Shown: positions 48,689-54,917 of the stretch, one piece after another | Numbering within the stretch: the first letter of the stretch is position 1 | Layout of the letters: the number at the start of each line of letters is the position of its first letter | Virus record (IMG/VR): IMGVR_UViG_3300006752_000033 | Location: 1-54,917 of that record | Length of the DNA: 54,917 bases | Origin: a virus | Taxonomy: Duplodnaviria > Caudoviricetes | Strand: one strand, 5' to 3' | Translations under genes and position numbers: made by a program | Notes under the pieces: model-generated | Told to the model about the DNA's origin: nothing | Databases searched by the model: none | What the model saw: the letters and a program-made list of their open reading frames with translations, nothing else

Positions 48689-49129
48689 ATGCCATATAGA
48701 AAAGATTTGCACCAAGGACGATTTATTCCTAAAAACCCCAAAAAATATCGTGGGGATTCGAGCAAAATCATCTATAGGTCTGGATATGAATTAAAATTTA
48801 TGAATTGGTGTGATATGAACAGAGATGTAACCTTCTGGTCCTCCGAATCGGTTGTGATTCCATACAGGTCTCCAATGGACAAAAAAATTCACAGATACTT
48901 TGTTGACTTCTACGCAAACATCAAAGGCAAATCATATCTGATAGAAATAAAACCATCTAGGTTTACAAAACCACCAGAACCAAGAAAGAAGACTAAAAGG
49001 TATTTAGAAGAGGTAGCACAGTGGGGTGTCAACGAGGCCAAATGGAAGTCCGCAAAGGAGTTCTGCGCTGATAGGGGATGGAAGTTTATGATTGTCACAG
49101 AAAAAGAATTGGGTATAAAGTATAATTAG
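48689..49129 (+). CDS. gp4: Head completion nuclease gp4
   Basis: PKNPKKYRGD...IYRS.YE, WSSE..IPY, RYFVDF, IEIKP, VNEAKW. Confidence 0.92.
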   Translation: MPYRKDLHQGRFIPKNPKKYRGDSSKIIYRSGYELKFMNWCDMNRDVTFWSSESVVIPYRSPMDKKIHRYFVDFYANIKGKSYLIEIKPSRFTKPPEPRKKTKRYLEEVAQWGVNEAKWKSAKEFCADRGWKFMIVTEKELGIKYN

Positions 49130-49139
49130 AATTTAGTAT

Positions 49140-49147
49140 TATAAATA
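49140..49147 (+). promoter_or_regulatory. T4-type late promoter TATAAATA (gp2 operon)
   Basis: Exact consensus 5 nt before the gp2 ATG. Confidence 0.78.
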
Positions 49148-49152
49148 GTCCC

Positions 49153-49722
49153 ATGGCAAACCCATTTGAACAGATAAGGGCCAATTCCAACGATCAGTCA
49201 AAATCGTTCAATTGGTATATGAATCAGGTCAGAAAAGTTGCAAGGGGAATCAACAACCCTAGCACTGCGATGTCTTCTAGCATTTCAAAAAGACAGGCCA
49301 TATATGACATTGGTGAAATGTATCTGTTCAGATATGATGCAAAACATAAAAACACATTGCCGTACTTTGATGCATTTCCACTATGTCTACCGTTTGAACC
49401 AACAAAAGATGGATTCTGGGGAATGAATTTACATTATCTACCGTATCTTTTACGAGCGCAGTTGTTGGGTAAACTGTTGGAAACTCTGGATGACAAAGAA
49501 ATAACTTCTCAGTCACAGATGAGATATAGTTGGGAGTTATTGAGTAGTGCTGCCAGATTTCCAGAAGTAAAACCCTGTGTAAAAAGATATTTGACTACAC
49601 AAATGCGTAGTTCTTTTCACAGGATAGACCCTCTTGATTGGAAGGCTGCAATATTCCTTCCCGTAGAAGATTTTAACACAAGTAAGTCCTCGGTATTTTC
49701 AGACTCTAGAGGTATGATGTAA
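49153..49722 (+). CDS. gp2: DNA end protector protein gp2
   Basis: YDAKHK.TLPYFD.FPL, G.NLHYLP, CVKRYL, W..AIFLP. Confidence 0.92.
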   Translation: MANPFEQIRANSNDQSKSFNWYMNQVRKVARGINNPSTAMSSSISKRQAIYDIGEMYLFRYDAKHKNTLPYFDAFPLCLPFEPTKDGFWGMNLHYLPYLLRAQLLGKLLETLDDKEITSQSQMRYSWELLSSAARFPEVKPCVKRYLTTQMRSSFHRIDPLDWKAAIFLPVEDFNTSKSSVFSDSRGMM

Positions 49723-50241
49723 ATGGCAAATTTTGACCTAAACAGTTTTCTCAGTCAAGTCAGAAGTAGTGACATGGCGAGAGCAAATAGATTTGAGATT
49801 GAATTAATGAGTCCGGTTGGAGGAGATAGATTGCCATCTCTTCTCTGTGAGGAAGCTTCTATTCCTGGCTTACAGGCACTATGGGCCCCAACTAAGGTTG
49901 GTATGTGGACAGAAAACAGAGTTCACGGCGTAGAATATTTTGGAGAATCTGCTGCGTTCACATTCTATTGCGATGTGGATTGGACTCCCAGAACATATCT
50001 AGAAAACTGGATGAATCAGGTCATTCCTGCTGGTGGCAAGGAACCAAACTATTACGATACATATGCTCCATCTGGCAGTGTAAAAGTAAAAGTATTGGAC
50101 CGAGAAGATGCGGTAAAATCAAGTTGGATGCTCTATCATGCGTTTCCTAGATTATTGAACATCACTCCTGTTGCACAGGGTGGTGATGGTATTGTTAGAG
50201 TATCAGTAACATTCTGCTACAGGTGGTGGGAAGCAGCATGA
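49723..50241 (+). CDS. Baseplate-tail tube initiator (gp54-like, tube fold)
   Basis: ARANRFEI, LLCEEASIPG, AFP, VSVTFCYR.W. Confidence 0.72.
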   Translation: MANFDLNSFLSQVRSSDMARANRFEIELMSPVGGDRLPSLLCEEASIPGLQALWAPTKVGMWTENRVHGVEYFGESAAFTFYCDVDWTPRTYLENWMNQVIPAGGKEPNYYDTYAPSGSVKVKVLDREDAVKSSWMLYHAFPRLLNITPVAQGGDGIVRVSVTFCYRWWEAA

Positions 50242-50268
50242 AATTTTTAAAATAATTGGAGTTTAATA

Positions 50269-50970
50269 ATGGCGTTACCTATTACAGAATATCCTTTGGT
50301 AGACATTTATGTGTATTCAAAGAAAGAAACTCATCAGTTCAGACCGTTTCTAGTAAAAGAAGAAAAACTTTTAGTTATGGCTTCAGAGACCAACGAAATT
50401 CTAGACATGGTGAAGGCAACACAACAGGTTATCACAAACTGTTCGTTTGGTAAAATCGATGGAGATGAATTACCCATCTTCGACATGCAAAGTATATTCA
50501 TGCAGTTGAGAAAATTATCGATTGGTTCTGAAATTGAGGCACGATTTGCCTGTGGGTTTTGCGAACAAAAACAAGACGTTATTATTGATCTAAACAACTT
50601 TACAATAACTGAAAATGAGAATCATACCAAAACGTTGAAAATATCGGATACTATGACTGTAGAGATGCGATACCCAGTGGCATCGGAGTTGAAAGAGATC
50701 GCTGGTACAGAGGAAAATGCAGAAATTTATTCGGTGGCTGCTGCGTGTTTGGATAAGATTTATATTGAAGATTCTATATACGAGGCGAATGAAGTATCAG
50801 AAGAAGATAAAATGGAATTCATAGAAAACATGACAACAGATCAGTTTGAAAAAATAAGAGATTTCTATGAAACAATGCCTACATTGGAAAACAAAATTGA
50901 ATTTAACTGTAAGGCATGTGGGAAGGAAAATTATATCTTCATGAATGGTTATCTCGATTTTTTCGCATGA
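50269..50970 (+). CDS. gp26: Baseplate hub assembly protein gp26
   Basis: MALP...Y, FRPFLVKEEKLL, FD...F.QLR..SIG, two CxxC pairs, ends LDFFA. Confidence 0.88.
   Translation: MALPITEYPLVDIYVYSKKETHQFRPFLVKEEKLLVMASETNEILDMVKATQQVITNCSFGKIDGDELPIFDMQSIFMQLRKLSIGSEIEARFACGFCEQKQDVIIDLNNFTITENENHTKTLKISDTMTVEMRYPVASELKEIAGTEENAEIYSVAAACLDKIYIEDSIYEANEVSEEDKMEFIENMTTDQFEKIRDFYETMPTLENKIEFNCKACGKENYIFMNGYLDFFA
50958..50964 (+). promoter_or_regulatory. Candidate -1 ribosomal frameshift heptamer T TTT TTC
   Basis: X XXY YYZ pattern in the gp26 frame, one codon before the stop; the -1 frame is open and is the gp51 frame. Confidence 0.55.
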
Positions 50971-51143
50971 ACCTCTTCCATGAATCTCTGCAAAACTATT
51001 TTAAAACAAACTTTTTGTTGATGCAAGAACATAAATATAGTTTAACAGAGGTTGAGAATATGATGCCGTGGGAGAGGTCAGTTTACATCGGAATGTTGGT
51101 TACTCACCTCAAAAAGAAATCAGAAAAAAACAACTACACATAG
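50967..51143 (+). CDS. gp51: Baseplate hub assembly catalyst gp51
   Basis: NYFKTNF.LMQ.HKYSLTE.ENMMPWER.VY; ATGA overlap with gp26. Confidence 0.88.
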   Translation: MNLFHESLQNYFKTNFLLMQEHKYSLTEVENMMPWERSVYIGMLVTHLKKKSEKNNYT

Positions 51144-51150
51144 GCTAAAA

Positions 51151-53046
51151 ATGGGACTCGCAAAAACTGGTAATCAAATATTAAACGCCATCGGCGACGG
51201 CGCACTGAGCGGTGCGAGAGGCCTCTTTGGCAAAGCTAAAGGTGCTGTCGTGAGTGGCGGTAGAAAAGTTAAAGGATTACTAGGCGGCGGCGTGAAATAC
51301 GGCGCGCCAGGACTTGGTGTACTATCGCTCAACAAAAATCTCAACGATATTGAAGATAGCATAGAAGGAATGGGAGCCGGTGGTGGTTCGGGCGTAGGAT
51401 TCTTTAGTGGCGCCGGTGGTGCCGGCATGGTAAATTCGGCCGCTGCAACGAGCGCCCTATCAGATGCAGACAGTTCCGATCCTGTAGTAAGACAACTACA
51501 AGATATTGAAAGAGTTTTAGTATCGATTAAAGGTGATACTGCAACAATTGGTTCTATGATGAACAGACCAGTAGCAAACAACGGCAATGCAGCTAGAGGA
51601 ATGTTTGCTGGGTCTGGAGATAAACCAGTTGGTGATCTAAGATCATTTTTGGGGCTCGGTGCCGGCGTGGGCGCCCTGTTTCTTGGTGGTAAAGGCGATA
51701 CGACCGACAGAAATGCAGACGGGATACCAGACAGTGAACAAGATAAAGCACAAACCTCAATTGATAAAGAAGCGCAAGACCTGCTGATGAAACCAAAGAC
51801 CACCAAGACCGCCGGGGTCTTGGCCGCGAAAGCAGGCGCTAAAATAGCCTCGAGCAAAACGGGTCAAGCAATCGGGAAAGCGGGAGTGAGAGTCGCAACA
51901 TCGGCAGTAGAATCAACTAGAGAAGCTGTCGCCAAAGCTACTGGCAGAGGTGCCACTACCGCAGCAGCAACGATTGACTCTGGACCGAAATCTAACGTTA
52001 CCCCCATCAGTAAAGACATCGATATGAATGGCAAACCTGTCGCGCAACCAGCTGCTGCTGGAGCTGCGGGTGGGCCCAAAACAATCACTCCACCCGTTGA
52101 TCTTGCTACAGCTGCAAACGATGTCCCTGATGCCCCTGGCAGTAATAAAGGTAAAATAGCTAAGGCGATCACAAAACGCCTCAGCACTGTAGCTGCAAAA
52201 GCAGTACCCCTCTTAGGAGCTCTTGTCAGTGGAGGATTCGCAGTAGAGAAACTTTTCGCTCGAGACTTCCGAGGCGCGATGATGGAGGCGGGTTCTATTT
52301 TCTTACCCAGTGTTTCGGGAACAGCGCTTGACATAGCTACTGCAGCTAGAGATGTGTACATGGATGTCCATGACGGTAGAGACCCGACCACCTCAGAAGA
52401 AATGAATAGTGAGGGATATGAACAAAGATGGGATGAAGTTCAGCAGGCCGTAGGTGAGTATGCAGCAAATCTTTTCAAGAGTGCAGATGAAATAAAGACG
52501 GCGGACTCGGTAGAAGCAAGACCCGTCAAACAAATGGGAAGATCGGGTGAATTGAAGAATGCAGATTTGGAAGAAAGACAAGCAAATTGGGATGAGAAGT
52601 TTGGTGCCACGCACAATGCAGATGGAACCCCCACAGCGGAAACCCAAGCCCAATTTGAGTCAACTCAGCCCACACCCATAAATCAAGAACGAGGGTTCTT
52701 CGGTAGACTGTTTGAAGGTCGAGTAGGAAATGAAATTGATGAGGTCAAAGAGATGGGAACTACGGTCATGGATGCAGTAGACCAAACCCTTCCGATGTTG
52801 GGCATGAGTGCAGATAAAGTTGAGATCAATACAGATTCAGCAGTAGCCAAAGATAAAGAGAAAACAGCAAGTCAGCTTGCTGCTGGAGTTGGCCAAAGTG
52901 TCGCAGAAGGACAAAAAATCCAGTCTACCGGAGTAACCCCGATCCAACCAAATATCAACGTTAGTGTCGCGAACGCCAAAACAACTTTCCCGCAAGGCAG
53001 TGCGGAACTTATGATGATTATGAATAATGGTTCTTATTATACCTAA
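51151..53046 (+). CDS. Probable tape measure protein (gp29-like)
   Basis: 631 aa, Ala/Gly-rich and helical with a hydrophobic KAVPLLGALV segment; directly after gp26/gp51. Confidence 0.55.
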   Translation: MGLAKTGNQILNAIGDGALSGARGLFGKAKGAVVSGGRKVKGLLGGGVKYGAPGLGVLSLNKNLNDIEDSIEGMGAGGGSGVGFFSGAGGAGMVNSAAATSALSDADSSDPVVRQLQDIERVLVSIKGDTATIGSMMNRPVANNGNAARGMFAGSGDKPVGDLRSFLGLGAGVGALFLGGKGDTTDRNADGIPDSEQDKAQTSIDKEAQDLLMKPKTTKTAGVLAAKAGAKIASSKTGQAIGKAGVRVATSAVESTREAVAKATGRGATTAAATIDSGPKSNVTPISKDIDMNGKPVAQPAAAGAAGGPKTITPPVDLATAANDVPDAPGSNKGKIAKAITKRLSTVAAKAVPLLGALVSGGFAVEKLFARDFRGAMMEAGSIFLPSVSGTALDIATAARDVYMDVHDGRDPTTSEEMNSEGYEQRWDEVQQAVGEYAANLFKSADEIKTADSVEARPVKQMGRSGELKNADLEERQANWDEKFGATHNADGTPTAETQAQFESTQPTPINQERGFFGRLFEGRVGNEIDEVKEMGTTVMDAVDQTLPMLGMSADKVEINTDSAVAKDKEKTASQLAAGVGQSVAEGQKIQSTGVTPIQPNINVSVANAKTTFPQGSAELMMIMNNGSYYT

Positions 53047-54548
53047 GATAATATTTTTTTAGAGATATATCCATCAACGTGATCCAACACATGTTCGGTT
53101 CTTCTTTCCATGTGAATCTTTGTAGCAAAGTCTGACCACTCTACGCTGGGGTCGATAAAGAATTTATCGTACAGAAATGGATCAATTAAATTCTTCGCCT
53201 GATACTGACTGAATTCCTCTGCACAGAAACGCATAACTTCTTGTAGGTTTGTGTGTTCGTTTCTCCAAAACAAATAGTATCCCGTAGACGCAACCCAATC
53301 ATACAATTCTTTATAAAACGGGTTTCTACTCTTTGACCAATCAATATCGTCAATCGGAATAATCTCTCGTCGATACCCGTAGTCAAACCACTTTTTATCA
53401 AACTCGGAGTTGTGATTCAGTGTTTCTGAATTGTTTTCCAAGTCCTTTATCATCAGAACATTCATGTGATAACTATTCTGATTCCAGTATTCAGACAACC
53501 ATCTGCCAGTGTCTCGCAACGTATCTATCGTCTCATGAGGCAGTCCAGCAATCAGAGATATGTGACCCTTGTAAAATCCTGCACTGCGGAAGTACTCATC
53601 AACCTCTAACAACCCCTCCTTGATTCTGCCACTGTCCATACCTTTACCGATAGACTTGGCAGACTCATGGTTCATACTCTCCACACCATAGAAGTGTGAG
53701 GTGATTCCCATCTTGATTAGATTATCCCAATCCCGTTTTCTGGTGGTCATCAAGTCTGCACGAATGTATGCAGTCATCTTCGGTGTGAATGGCAGTTTCT
53801 CTATGACACTGGCAAACTTCTCAATCTTCTCACTGGAATCGTTGAAGGTTTCATCAAGTACAATGTAGTGTTCTGTACCCCACTTGTCATAGTTCTCTAG
53901 CATCTCATCGTACACACTTTGAGCCGTGCGAGAGTAATCACCCTTGACACCTAGAACGGGGAAACTGCAAAACTTACATTTGAATTTGCACCCACGGGCA
54001 AACTCCAACAACAAAATTTCTCTGGGGTTGATAAAGTCGGTGTCCTTGTATGACACCCTGAGATCGTCCTTGGGAAAAGATTTGTAGTTGACGTAACAGT
54101 TTATTGTCTTGTTTGCATGAATCGGTTCGGGTCCACCCTTGAAGTGATCGATCAGTGCAAGGATGGCATTCTCACCCCACCCGTACACATACCAATCCAT
54201 TTCCAAGTGTTTCATAGAATTGTTTTGACTGCCGGCGACAAGGGGAATGTGGGGATACGTCTCTTTCAACCATTGTATAAAAGAAAGTATCGTAGGCGAG
54301 TCGAGATAGAACGTAGAACCAAAACCAAAGAACAAAAAGTCATCCGTGACTCTGGGTTCAACATATTGCTTGAGTTGATCTAGCGACCACCTGTGGATAT
54401 AGTCAACGACTTCAACATCGTATTCGTGTTGTCTGAGAAACGTGGCAATTTTATGTCCGCCAGAAGATCGTCTGATACTGACCTTCGAGCTATCAAACTC
54501 TATACCCAAATCTTCAAGTTGGCCACCAAAAATAATACTATGCATCAT
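53043..54548 (-). CDS. Radical SAM protein with a putative cobalamin-binding-type N-terminal region
   Basis: EFARGCKFKCKFC (CxxxCxxC), DETFND, YIRADL, GVES, LIAGLPHET. Confidence 0.85.
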   Translation of the reverse strand: MMHSIIFGGQLEDLGIEFDSSKVSIRRSSGGHKIATFLRQHEYDVEVVDYIHRWSLDQLKQYVEPRVTDDFLFFGFGSTFYLDSPTILSFIQWLKETYPHIPLVAGSQNNSMKHLEMDWYVYGWGENAILALIDHFKGGPEPIHANKTINCYVNYKSFPKDDLRVSYKDTDFINPREILLLEFARGCKFKCKFCSFPVLGVKGDYSRTAQSVYDEMLENYDKWGTEHYIVLDETFNDSSEKIEKFASVIEKLPFTPKMTAYIRADLMTTRKRDWDNLIKMGITSHFYGVESMNHESAKSIGKGMDSGRIKEGLLEVDEYFRSAGFYKGHISLIAGLPHETIDTLRDTGRWLSEYWNQNSYHMNVLMIKDLENNSETLNHNSEFDKKWFDYGYRREIIPIDDIDWSKSRNPFYKELYDWVASTGYYLFWRNEHTNLQEVMRFCAEEFSQYQAKNLIDPFLYDKFFIDPSVEWSDFATKIHMERRTEHVLDHVDGYISKKILS

Positions 54549-54557
54549 TCACCAGAT

Positions 54558-54587
54558 AAAAAAAGGGCGCCAGTATTTATGGCGCCC
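54558..54587 (-). terminator. Rho-independent terminator after gp32
   Basis: Minus strand GGGCGCCA-TAAATAC-TGGCGCCC-TTTTTTT. Confidence 0.85.
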
Positions 54588-54607
54588 AAGAGAGACGAGA
54601 CTATGTA

Positions 54608-54917
54608 TCAGTCATCGTCTGCCAGTCGGGAGAAATACGACATGGCATCTTCATCATCAGATGATGAAACTGTAACTGTTTCTGTTGATGCGGTGGTTTC
54701 CGCAACAAAGATATCGTCTTCAATATCATCGGTTTGCGATGATACGGTAGGTGCGGGAGCGACAGCACCACCCAAGACAGCAGTCAACTTTTGTGAGAGT
54801 TCATCGTAAGACTTGAATTGACTAGGATCAACGATCTCGTTAAGAGAATACTGTTGTGCCCAGATTGCATCAATGGCTTCGTCAGATTCGGCAACAGGAC
54901 GAACCTTGGAACCAAAC
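54608..54917 (-). CDS. gp32: Single-stranded DNA-binding protein gp32 (3' part)
   Basis: Read manually: ...IWAQQYSLNEIVDPSQFKSYDELSQKL..VLG...acidic tail DEDAMSYFSRLADDD*. Confidence 0.88.
   Translation of the reverse strand, partial: FGSKVRPVAESDEAIDAIWAQQYSLNEIVDPSQFKSYDELSQKLTAVLGGAVAPAPTVSSQTDDIEDDIFVAETTASTETVTVSSSDDEDAMSYFSRLADDD

Noticed and set aside
48689-49129. TnsA-like nuclease as a mobile element
   Set aside because: Motifs and synteny match the core T4 gp4 head-completion protein.
51174-52391. 227-aa and 175-aa antisense ORFs
   Set aside because: Shadows of the GC-richer Ala/Gly-rich tape-measure-like gene.
1-54917. tRNA, rRNA or CRISPR arrays
   Set aside because: Intergenic gaps are nearly all under about 60 bp, and no cloverleaf or regularly spaced repeats were seen by eye; tRNAscan-SE and a CRISPR finder would confirm.

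Overview
The window is the virion-morphogenesis region of a T4-like myophage, with the architecture typical of marine T4-likes. The minus strand carries prohead-core genes, portal gp20, tube gp19, sheath gp18, terminase gp17/gp16, gp15/14/13, a block of fibre/adhesin genes, a 2477-aa structural protein and the baseplate genes (gp8, gp7-like, gp6, PAAR, gp25, gp5, hub, gp53, gp48). A divergent plus-strand block follows (gp4, gp2, gp54-like, gp26, gp51, probable tape measure), then a radical SAM gene and the 3' end of gp32 on the minus strand. T4 late promoters (TATAAATA) precede most structural operons. The most unusual region is a ~7.8 kb enzyme island (16298-24109) inside the structural genes. 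It holds five GT-A glycosyltransferase-like domains (one fused to a degenerate radical SAM/SPASM module), a methyltransferase-like protein, an SGNH-like protein and a 2OG-Fe(II)-oxygenase-like protein, next to a Tyr/Gly-repeat virion protein, and is a candidate virion-decoration system. Two signals are visible only at nucleotide level: a probable overprinted membrane protein nested in the +1 frame of one glycosyltransferase gene, and a canonical -1 slippery site that would fuse gp26 to gp51 just upstream of the tape-measure gene. All family assignments come from motif recognition and synteny; no searches were run.
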